A DNA stretch of 64,000 bases from Takakia lepidozioides (lineage: Eukaryota; Plantae; Bryophyta), in NCBI GenBank assembly GCA_030704615.1, contig CM060731.1:78678001-78742000 (forward strand), in the 5' to 3' direction. The position numbers were made by a program, and so were the translations under genes. The notes beneath the pieces are model-generated. The model saw only the letters and a program-made list of their open reading frames with translations, was not told the origin of the DNA and did not search any database. This document shows, piece by piece, positions 40,001 to 50,350 of the stretch. Position 1 is the first letter of the stretch. Each line of letters opens with the position of its first letter.

Positions 40001-40349
40001 GCTTGTTCGCCCTCATGACCTAACAACGTGCCCGGTCTGGATGGGAATGGTAATTTCAGATGTCATCCGAGAAAGGGAAGATCCTAATTTTAAGAAAGTG
40101 AAGGTGGAGTGGTGGAGACCGGAGAAAGGAGGTATTCCTTCAGACTTTGAGAGGTATAGGGATTGTTGGTCAAAAGTTTGGGAGTACAACCCGTCAGATC
40201 CTGCTCAATGGATCCACGTGAACAATGTCGTGTGGACAATGCCGCCACGAAAAAATACGACAAGAAATAGCATCAAGAGAATTACAGCGGTGGAAGCAAT
40301 AAAGGCGCGCGCGAATTTGGAGGTTGCTAACCTTCAGCCAGATACCTGA
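37024..40349 (+). pseudogene. Sola-type DDD transposase (frameshifted, one intron 38297-38444) with two N-terminal beta-rich repeats and a C-terminal SH3/Tudor-like domain
   Basis: CCKLQCC..VCEKAWWIIHGI; FAKCTEC; putative catalytic IIHDKMD (38739), LYL*MDN..KN (39121), FLMVGHTHEDIDGFFS (39248). C-terminal FVLVRP..PVWMG.V..VKVEWWRP. The 4-bp TSD fits Sola. Confidence 0.8.
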
Positions 40350-40719
40350 AGGTTTCATTCTTGCGAACCATTTTCCATCCATGGACTAAATGTTGAGGTT
40401 ATTTCCAGTCTTTCATTCTAAGATATAAAAATTTCCTTACGCTTCTTTCCCTTCGTGTTTGCGTTGGGTGATCCTTCCTGTCTTCTTTTTCTGTCGCAAT
40501 GAACCTCGAGTGGGCAATGGACGTTCATCTATTTTCTTTCTGCCGTGTTGGACTCTGCACTGCTGTACATTCTGTTCATCTACACATATTCGTGACATGG
40601 GGGATTCTGGCTTACAAAATAGACAATGCACCCAAAAAAAAAATGCTGGCACAACCCCTGGATTCTTTCTTTTCCAATCCGGTCTAAATGTTTTTTTGCA
40701 ATGTCTCGTTCTAGTGAGT

Positions 40720-41430
40720 GCGAGTCTTCTATATTTGTTTGTCCATTTATACCTTTACCATCACCTCTAAATCCTTACCCTTCGTTTTATCCTTCCCTTA
40801 ACCCTTCCATAGGCTTAAGCCGGACACTTAGTACCCTAAACTATTACTCTTACTATATACCAAAAACCTTTGTGTACTCCCATAAATCCAAACCCTAAAC
40901 CCTTACCCTGGCCTTAATCCTTACCCTAAGATTAAGCCTGACACTTACTACCTTAAACCATTACTCTTACCATATACCAAAAACCAGGTTAGTGTACTAC
41001 CCTACTTACACTCCAAACCAAGTTATTGTACTACCATGTGTGAGTCTTCTATATTTGTTTGTCCCTTTGAACTACCCTAAATCCAAACCCTAAATCCTTA
41101 CCCATTCCTTTACCCTGGCCTTTATCCTTACCCTAAGCTTAAGCCTGACACTTACTACCCTAAACCATTAGTACTCTTACCATATACCAAAAACCAGGTT
41201 AGTGTACTACCCTACTTACACTCCAAACCAAGTTATTGTACTACCATGTGTAAGTCTTCTATATTTGTTTGTCCCTTTGAACTACCCTAAATCCAAACCC
41301 TAAACCCTTACACTTCTCTTAATAATCCTTACCCCAAGCTTAAGCGTGACCCTTAGCACCCTAAACCATTACTTTTACCATATACCAAAAACCTTAGTGT
41401 AGTACCCTACTTATAATAAACTCCAAACCT
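40720..41430. repeat. Subterminal tandem repeat (~210-bp period, 3-4 copies) rich in CCCTAAA-like words
   Basis: gtcttctatatttgtttgtcc recurs at ~40724, 41044, 41254; taaaccatta..cttaccatataccaaaaacc recurs four times. Confidence 0.85.
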
Positions 41431-42189
41431 TATTGTATTACCATGTTACCTCTTGTAAAATTTATATCATTCTCTTAATGTTTTCTTTAATTTTCAAGTT
41501 GGATAACGTATGATAGAATGATTACATGGATATCAAATTCCCCTTACATTTTTACATTCTACAGAGGTTTAGAGTCGTCCATATTTGTTTATCTTTTTCT
41601 ATCCTAAACCCTTTAAAACCCTAAACCCTTCTCCGAGTCACCACAAACTTGGACCTTATTGCACTTAATGTATCTAGTTACACCCCAAACCTTATTTTAC
41701 TGCCCAAGTAGGTCATCTTCATAATGTTCACGTTATTTTAATATTTTACTGCCCTTCTCACACCCAAAACATCATTCCAATGGTATTGTCTATGAATATT
41801 GTGCTTGTCAACATGAAGATTCAATCAAAATTACTATCAACTTATATCAAGTATGGTAGAGTACTATGAGTCTATCCCATGTTCGATTCGACACATTTGT
41901 TTATCGTGATTGTAACATAATGTAATATTATATCATTCGACTTCTCAGTCGACGTTCAATGAATTGTTGAGTTACACTGCAACTTCACAAGCACTTCAAT
42001 GTCAAATGGACATCTTATATGTTACATTTTGAAGCAAGTATGACATCACTTGTAATTTCACAAAGTTCAATCACACATTACTATCCAAGATATTATTAAC
42101 AAATTTTGAATTAATTTTAATTCAAATACATATTAAGTTTGGTCCGGATTTAAGCCAAAAGTCCAGAATTAGTTAAAATAGGGTTGAAG

Positions 42190-43968
42190 CTGATATTGAT
42201 TCAAGAGCAGGATGCCGACTAGAGCGTTCATGTCTTGCAGCAGAGGTTTTACAAAGTACAGCTAGGGGAGGGAGAGGGGATCGCCTCTTTCTCAGCAATG
42301 TAGACATGGTCATTAGTCAGTTGGCTAGTGGGGGAGATAAAAAGAGCATTCCGCACACCTGTAATGCACCGCCCTCGCTGTCCAATGCAATGCGCCGGCA
42401 TGTAATGCCCCGCCCTGCCCAAGTGTTTTATTCACTGTAACAGCACAATAAATATAAACAGAACAATCTCAAAGTGCTTTATGGTTCACCTCCGGATTCC
42501 TCCCAGCTAATTATAATGATCGATTGTTAATGTGCAGTCCCGAATTAGTTGCGGCGATTAGCCGCCTGACTTCATTTCTTCAGGCCGCCACTTGTCAGAA
42601 TCGACATCCTTTACGTTTATTCCAGAGTCTACTGTCAGAGCCGTACGATAATGATGCCAGACTTGTAGTCCTACTAACGTTCAAGTACGATAGAATTCAG
42701 TTTGATCGCGGCCGTTATCGTTTGTTCCATAATTAATGTGACAATGGCTGCTGTCAATAAATGGAAAATTGTGCACACTTTCAATGAAGCCGAGATTTCG
42801 TGAGTTGAAATAAGCCGTTCGATTCCGCCTTAATCCACAGTGGCCACAATCGATCAGGGAGAGAAAGCATACCACACTGCCATTGGAGCGATTCAAAGAT
42901 GAAAGTTACATGTCACCTCTATATAACGTCCGAATCCACACAACTCCAACTTCCCATTTTGAACCTCTCACTTGCTTCTTTTCTCTCACGCACCTCTCTG
43001 GATATCATGCACCTCTCTAGACTGAGGCTGCCATCATTGCTAAGATCATGGCCAACCTTCCGTCAGGGTATGATAGCTTGCTGTCATCGTGGGATATCAC
43101 CCCGAATGCATCCAAGACTCTGGAGAATTTGACCTTGCGCTTGCTGCAGCAAGAAGCTCGGATGAAGAGTCGTCAGGATGCTAGTACAGAAAAGGTGACG
43201 GCTTTTGTGGCTGCGAAGACAGAAGGAGGTTCCCAAGTCTGGACAGTTCGGAGGTGGCGAGAAACAAAAGCAAACCTTAACGTACGAGCAACGTCAGGCT
43301 AGACGCAGGGAGATAGAAGACCGGAAGAAGAACACCACGTGTCACAAGTGCGGCCGAAAGGGGCATTGGGCGCGCGAATGCACAGACAAAGACCCAAAGG
43401 GCTCCAAGGCTAGTTAGAAAAATGATACCAATGGCAGAGGCGCTAAGGAAGACGACGAGAAAGGGAAGTCTAGCTCTGTCTCATACAAGACGTTCATGGC
43501 GAGTTTTTCCAACTTGTCCAACGGCCACTGGTATGTGGATAGCGGGTGCACACAACACATGACAGACCAAAGATCTTGGTTCATGACGTTTAGTGAGCTT
43601 TCTAAGGCTCAGCAGCAGCCGATTCAGGGGATCGGAGGAATAGAGATGTCGGCCAAGGGAGTTGGCAATATCTTGATCAGAGTAAGAGTTGGTGATGGCT
43701 ATGTCACCAACATGCTTACTGAGGTACTGTACACGCCTGATTTGGGAAGAAACTTTTTCTCGTGTTACAAAGCAGCGCAGAAGAATATTTTCACGGTCCA
43801 CATGAAGGATGGGTGCCAGATGATACAAGCCGGAGAGGTGGTCATGATTGGTATTCTGAAGAACCGTATGTATCAGCTTGAGTTTGAGGCTGTCGCCAGA
43901 GACGATGAGACACCAAGTCAAACACTGGCATTTGTGGCAAGATCATTCGGAGTTGAGACAAAAAGGGG
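42190..43968 (+). pseudogene. Copia gag (continued), zinc knuckle and protease; interrupted by a ~0.7 kb insert
   Basis: SVHVLQQRFY..QLASGGD / TEAAIIAKIMANLPSGYDSL; CHKCGRKGHWAREC; WYVDSGCTQHM; VLYTPDLGRNFFS. Confidence 0.88.
42340..43020. mobile_element. Unclassified ~680-bp non-coding insertion in copia gag
   Basis: Gag homology stops after ...GGAGATAAA and resumes at ACTGAGGCT (43021); no clear TIR or TSD; boundaries approximate. Confidence 0.55.
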
Positions 43969-44319
43969 TGTCGTGCACCTAAGCATCGTGCCACAACATA
44001 CATCGTTGTCCACCACACAATCTAAGCACACAATCCTAGAAAGCTATACCACAATCGCCCCCCTAGCTGGTGATTAGGTCCCTCTAACACCGGATAGCTG
44101 ACAAGTATCCATCCCAATAAGATCATCGCTTGGTCATCAATCGCCCAAGTCACAATATCTGAAGGCAATAGATCAAGAGGCTGGGTGCAAAAGTAGCCCC
44201 ATCGTTACTCGCCTTTTGGCAATCCATGGCTTCAATTGGGTGTCCATGGCATCGAACTCCCGTTGGCTAGACCTTGGATCACTTGTCAACCTCGCCACTG
44301 TCATGCCCCACTACCTCTG

Positions 44320-45650
44320 TCCAAGGCATCGTGGACACAACCATTCTCAACTAGGAACCTCCTCAAGTGGTGGTGTCAAACATCCCATGTGCCACCCCCT
44401 TGAGCATTTGTCACACACCAACATGGTCGCGGCACCACCAGCATGCCCACATAGCATGCAACGCAACCCTGCAGGTACCACTGCAAGGTTGGGATCTATC
44501 CTCCCATCTACATGTGGAAGGTGACATGGCGCACAATTGCGCACATGGTCCTTCCATACCATGCCATCTCGACCCTCCAGAATCAACACTCCTGAAGGCA
44601 ACACCTCCCGGACCCTTAGAATCACACGACCTGTTGTGACATCCAAGGTCGTAGGCAATGTCTGCTGCAGATACACAAAGTCCCCAGGATAGAAACGCCG
44701 AACACCTGGCATATATCCCCCTCACGTATAGTGGCGTACCTCAATGTGTCTCGGTGTTGGGCAATAGCAAGGTTCTCAAAAGCCATAGGCATGACTCTCT
44801 TGAACAACTCTGCCCGTTGGGCACATGTTTGTGTCCACACATCCGGATCATCAAGGTTGAGGACTACTGCAGTCTCCCTGCAAATAGATGCAGGCAAATC
44901 TGGCTCTCGGCCAAAGAGAGGAAATAAGGCGAGAACGAGGCAAGTGATGCTTGTTTGCTAAACCTGTAGCTCGTGGCCAACCAAGGTAGCTGAAGGTCCC
45001 AATCTCCCAAGTGTCCCTTCTGCAAGCCATACTTGCGCAAGCCTCGCTTGACTGTTTGCACAACCCTCTTAGCCAAGCCATCAACCTCGGGATGATCCCG
45101 AGAAGTAGTGCGGTGATCTATCAAGGCTTGCTCACACAAAGCCTGAAACTCCCCGAAGAACTCTCTCCCATGGTCCGTGAGTACCTCGGCTGGAACACCA
45201 AATTGGCTAAGCACTCGATCTAAGAATGCATACGCAGCCCCCTCACTTGCCTTGTCAAGCAATGCCACCAGTTCAATCCATTTGGAGAAATGTTCCACCA
45301 TCACCAGCACATACTTGTTATGGCGAATAGTTAGTGGCAATGGGCCTGTGAAGTCAAGACTCCAACGATAGCCCAAACCCATAATGGGTAAAAGATGCAA
45401 TTGTGGAGTAGGGGCGTTGAAAGAAGACCGCACTCTATCACACACCATGCATCTTGCCACTAACTGCTGCACATCCGTGTGCATGCCCCGCCACCAATAC
45501 TGTCCTTGCAGCAAATTATGAGTGCGCCGCACCCAAAATGTTCTAACTCATCATGGGCATGGCGTACCAATTGCGCTCGTTGTGTTGGGTGAGACACAAT
45601 CCTCACTCGTCCATCCTCCCATACTCGGAGTAGGTGAGTCCCCCCCCACT
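44320..45650 (-). pseudogene. Gypsy-type integrase with C-terminal PHD finger (frameshifted)
   Basis: HDELEHFG..YWWRGM..C..C zinc domain; WSLDFTGP, VLTDHGREF, GLAKR (catalytic E appears as K); PHD CMLC..CDKC..WHMGC..W.CPRC. Confidence 0.88.
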
Positions 45651-45699
45651 TGAACGCACGATGGGAGATGTTGCGAGTGTTGCGTGACTTGCAAGTGAG

Positions 45700-47537
45700 G
45701 CAAGTGCAACCTCCAACTTACATCTTGGAGAATGTGTCTCTCATCCCGAGCCACACCAACTCTCCCCAATGACACTCGTGGCTCTACCTCTGACACACTT
45801 GGGCGAGCGGGTGCCATTGATGGCATAGGTGGCACTGTCTCAGCCACTGTAAAGGACTGTGGAAGCCTTGTCTGACGACTTGTTTCCCCCCTTTGTGGAT
45901 CAAAATCCACATCCGCTCCTCGTGGCTCAGGAGCACGCGTTGCTGCTCGATTGACAGCAGCAGCATAGTCCAATACATGCAATGGCCCTGCAAGTGTGGC
46001 TCCACACATGAAGCCCATACCAATCTGATCTTCCCTAGACATAGGAGGTTGTGTAGGTGGGGCTTGAACCTCAAGCCTTGGAGCTGGCGCAACATGAGTA
46101 GTGGCCACGGCAGCAAGACGTTGCTCTAGCTGGGCAAGTCTATCCACCATGCCTTGGTCATGACCTTGACCCTGATCCTGTGCTCCTTGGTTTTGGTTAC
46201 GACCTCCACCGCGACCTCTGCCTCCTCTATCTTTCTGGACTACATTGCCTCGTCCTCGGCCACCATTGTTCCCTTGGAACTGGCCTGGCCGTAGCTCAGG
46301 ATGCAAGCCATAACAATGGGCCTCCTCATGCCATTACTTTCCACAATGCCCACACTGTAGTTGTGTAGGCTGTGCCTGTGCCGGCCCTTTGCCTCTCTCC
46401 GGGCAATCCTTCTTGACATGGGGTTCTCCACAATCCCAACAAGTCACACCCGACTGTTGTTGGCCTGAGAATGAAGGAAGAGACCTCTGCATCTGAGATT
46501 CTCTTTGTCCTTCCCTCGGCTTCACCTGAGCCCCCTTGTTGTCTTGAACACGTTGGGATAGTGGTTGTTGTTGGCTAGGAGCCCCACTTCATTGTGTCTC
46601 CTTGCCAAACCCCACCATAACCACTCGCTCCTCCACCATATTGAGCTCTATCCGCTCTGCCAGCAAAAACACATTTGCTAAGGTGGGTTGGTCCACTTGT
46701 AGGAGAGTTGTATCCCGCACCCTTCTCCTCAGCTCCTTGTCCAGGATCCCATACCAGAACTGGACTGCCTGACCTTCTGTAACCCCTTGGGTTACGTTTA
46801 TCAAGCGCCTCATGCGGGTGTAAGCCTCCCTCAAACTCTCAGTAGACCTTCGTTGGAACTCTTGCAAGCTCCGCAACTTCTCTGTCCTTATCCCTTGGTA
46901 GTTTCTCCTCAAGTCCTCAAAGAAACTCCACAACTGGGTTAAAGGCAGGCACGGGTGCTGGTGCTGCAGCAGGAGCTTGAGTGGATTTCCCAGCTCCTGT
47001 ATCACTTGTCCCACTACTAGTGCTTGCAGTTGGAGATGTTTGTGTAGCTGCTGGTGTCGCCGCTGCCCTTGTGCCTCTAGTGATGGAGACATAGTTAGGT
47101 GACCAATACTCTCGCCACTCCTCAATTTCCATCGCATGTCCCCGCCTAAATTCATGGTAATCATCCATGGGAGGCCCCTCAAGGTGCTGGAATAGCCCCT
47201 TCCACGCCATAAAGGGCGTAAACAGTTGTGGATTGCGCATTTGCTGCAAATCACACCAACTGTCAAACTCTTGTATGAAGTCATCAAGCTCGATGGTGCC
47301 CACAGCTCCAGAGTACCTACGTGGCCCCTTGGTAGCTCCATACATCTCCTCCATTGTGTCCCACAACAATGGCACGGAAATGACTTGCACCCTCGGCGAG
47401 AATCCTCCTGACTCCGAGTCTGAACCTTCCTCAGAAGACACTGAAGGTGAAAGTGGCTTAAACCGCACACCTCGTCTTGTGTACCCACTAGTATCGCTGG
47501 TGCTCGTACCGGTACTCCCTTCAGCAACTGGTGGCAC
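45700..47537 (-). pseudogene. gag-like ORF with two zinc knuckles (frameshifted)
   Basis: PRRYSG..LDDFIQEFDSWC; LQEFQRRSTESLREAYTRM; CWDCGEPHVKKDC and CGHCGK*WHEEAHC. Confidence 0.75.
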
Positions 47538-48354
47538 CTCCGTGATGAAAACTCACAACCCAACCGGTTGTCAACCTGTCTCTAATCCCCACTTTCTACA
47601 AGGTAACCGGGTAGAGAACCTGTTGCGGCTATTGGTTCAAGCAGGAATAATAGGTTTCTAACATAGACCTGTACCTGCACCTGCATCCACTGCAAGCACT
47701 CCTATGGTCTGCTGGTCATCAACCCAGCCTCACCATAGAAGAAACACTGGTGGTCTTGCTGGTCATCACTCCAGCCTCACCACCGACAGCATACTCTAGG
47801 ATTGGCCGGTGATCAAATCCGGACCAACCTCCTATGAAAACAAGCGCCCACACAAAGCTAACATGGCGCACAGTCAAGCATGCAGATGTGGAGGAGATCC
47901 AAACACAAGAAAATCAAGACAGCAACTCCCCCACACCAAAAACACTCCACAGTGTCGTTCCTGCAAGGACACCCCAGCCCAAACCCGGACTGACTCTTGC
48001 CTCCACCTACGGAAAGGTTTTGGCCTACAGAGATGGTGAAAGACTATGGAGAAGAGAAACTAAAGCAATTCCTAACCCCAGAATGCTCTCATCCCACCAC
48101 TCTCCCTATTGTCTCTATCCACTCGCTTGTATGGCCGTGGCAAGTATCCTTCAATATCCCTCAATCAATCCTTCAAGAGCTCTTCCCACATTGTCCACCA
48201 AAGCTCCTCGAAGGGTCCTCCAAGGACCCCAAAGATCCTCCAAACACTCCTCCAAGGACCCCAAAGATCCTCCAAATACTCCTCCAAGGGCCCTCAAATA
48301 TCTTCCAAACAATCCTCCAAAGGCCCTTAAATTTCACTAAGTCCTTTCACTGTT

Positions 48355-49015
48355 GATACCTTAACAGAGGTATAGTCTGAGGTTGCTAGGGTCCCTTATG
48401 TTGATGATACCTTTACAGAGGTATAGTCTGAAAATGAGGGTTATGTTTGGTATACTAACAGAGGTATAGTCTGAGCTGATTAGGGTCCACATATGGTGAT
48501 ACCTCAACAGAGGTATAGTAATAGGGACAAGCTCCTGTTTGGTATACTAACAGAGGTATAGTCTGAGCTGATTAGGGTTCACATATGGTGATACCTCAAC
48601 AGAGGTATAGTAAAATGGACAAGCTCTTGTTTGGTATACTAACAGAGGTATAGTCTCACATTAGGGTTCATATATGGTGATACCTCAACAGAGGTATAGT
48701 CAAAGGGACAAGCTCCTGTTTGGTATACTAACAGAGGTATAGTCTCACATTAGGGTTCATATATGGTGATACCTCAACAGAGGTATAGTCAAAGGGACAA
48801 GCTCTTGTTTGGTATACTAACAGAGGTATAGTCTGAGCTGATTAAGGTTCACATATGGTGATACCTCAATAGAGGTATAGTAAAATGGACAAGCTCTTGT
48901 TTGGTATACTAACAAAGGTATAGTATCACATTAGGTTCATATATGGTGATACCTCAACAGAGGTATAGTCAAAGGGACAAGCTCCTATTTGGTATACTAA
49001 CATAGGTATAGTCTA
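48355..49015. repeat. Higher-order minisatellite, 15 units of ~45 bp arranged as alternating A/B dimers
   Basis: Core aacagaggtatagt repeated 15 times, alternating ggtatact- and gatacctc- prefixes. Confidence 0.92.
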
Positions 49016-49623
49016 AGCATACACTACTAGGGTTTGTAATGAAGAGCTAGAATGCAAGTCCTTGACTTCTATGCTTCTACTAAAGCAAAAATATGGTCTC
49101 TAGATGGTCATAAGAGGCATCTTCTTGCTCTCTTCCACCCCAATGTGCAACCAAGAGTGGTCCAACTCAACTTGCAAGTCATTGTCCACCAATTTAATCC
49201 CCCTTCTAGTCCTTGGGATTTGATTGTAGACTACCATATCTCCATTGCCGAGTAATCATGCATTTGTCTCCTCATCACTTGACAATTGCTCCAAATCAAC
49301 ACAAATTATCTCAATGTGTAGGAGCAATGCTTGTCACTTACAATAATGCTTCCAAGCAATCCGCCTTGGATCCCACTATCACGCCATATGCCTCATTTGG
49401 GGTCTTGCACCAATCCATCATCCATGTGCTCCCCTTGGTCATTTGAATGCATGTTCCATGACCTCTTGGCCTATGTGTTGCTCTCCTTCATCATAACATG
49501 AATCAACACCTCTCCACTTCACACACAAATGGATCTCAAAGGCCTTCATCTCTTGCTAGTTCAAGAGCTCCCATTCTCAAACTTGAACTTACAAACTCAA
49601 GCGAGCATGCTCCACACATGCAC

Positions 49624-50350
49624 TGTCGCGCACCTCACTTTGGTAAGCTCCCCCTCAAGTCATAGTTACTCACTTTGATGCGCGCGCCTGACTCCCAACC
49701 GGCCGCCGGGCCAACTTGGAGCTTCGGCTGCTCACCGGGACATAACGGTCCCCCCTTCGCTCTCCCGAAAGACCCTCCACCTATTTGGGCCTAGTGGAAT
49801 TTCCTTTGGTAGATGGCAGTCCGGAACAGCTCCCCACTCTTTGGTCGCTTTCCGGCTCGCTCGCTTACTCACTAGTTTTTTGTCACCAACGGGCTTGCAC
49901 CGTTCTCGGGGTTACTACTCCCTATATATACTTCTGTAGCTGTCCGCGGGGGTTTCACAACCAGCCATGCCATTTTATGGCGAACCACCACGAAGACCCT
50001 CGATTCCCGGTGGTGAGTCGCGGTGAGTCTTGGCCCGCTCACCACGGCCCCTATGGACCGTGATGAGTCCCAAGACTCCCCACGACTCCCACCACGAGGT
50101 CTCCGCCCCATGGTGAGTCCTATGCCACCCCCACTAAGTCCCACTAAGCTACCACCACCCCTTGTGGAGCCACCCCCACCGCAACCCGGTGTGCGGGGCT
50201 CCACCTAGTGAGCGCCTCCGCTTCCCTGAGTGCCTTGGGCACTCAAGGGTGCTTCAGCCCCCCCCATACCTATCGCTGCCGCTGCCCCCACCACAGGGGC
50301 AGCCCCTCATGTGTCCCGACCCCCTGCCCTCAAGGCAAAGGGCCGCGACA
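49624..50350 (-). mobile_element. Solo LTR of the same Gypsy family as 27158-32847
   Basis: Reverse complement of the 726-bp LTR (slightly more diverged); TG..CA ends; TSD TGCAC at 49619-49623 and 50351-50355. Confidence 0.95.

Larger units (their letters stand above)
19010..40525. repeat. Dispersed 24-bp palindrome AACCTCCACTG-NN-CAGTGGAGGTT, about 13 copies, restricted to the Sola-like element
   Basis: Near-perfect copies start at 21850, 26727, 33556, 34427, 34629, 36724, 36991; variants at 19010, 20692, 22911, 23944, 38395, 40502; a half-degenerate copy at 36599. Confidence 0.9.
18815..42185 (+). mobile_element. Giant Sola-like cut-and-paste DNA transposon (23,371 bp; ~17.7 kb without the nested Gypsy) with cargo genes
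   Basis: 30-bp TIRs aactctattttaactaattctggacttttg (18815-18844) and caaaagtccagaattagttaaaatagggtt (42156-42185), 1 mismatch. 4-bp TSD GAAG (18811-18814, 42186-42189). Excision restores the copia gag frame. DDD transposase inside. Confidence 0.9.

Noticed and set aside
40720-41640. Interstitial telomere
   Set aside because: CCCTAAA words are isolated within longer repeat units, not in tandem arrays.
18815-42185. Bacterial contamination, prophage or endogenous virus (because of ParB/MTase-like motifs)
   Set aside because: The genes have spliceosomal introns, the unit has TIRs and a TSD within a plant copia, and no capsid, polymerase or packaging ATPase is seen.
42340-43020. Helitron call for the insert ending in CTAG
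   Set aside because: No A|TC start, no T after CTAG, and no clear subterminal hairpin.
48355-49015. CRISPR-like array (palindromic repeat with spacers)
   Set aside because: The spacers are themselves repeated in A/B alternation, the context is a eukaryotic TE, and there are no cas genes; it is a minisatellite.
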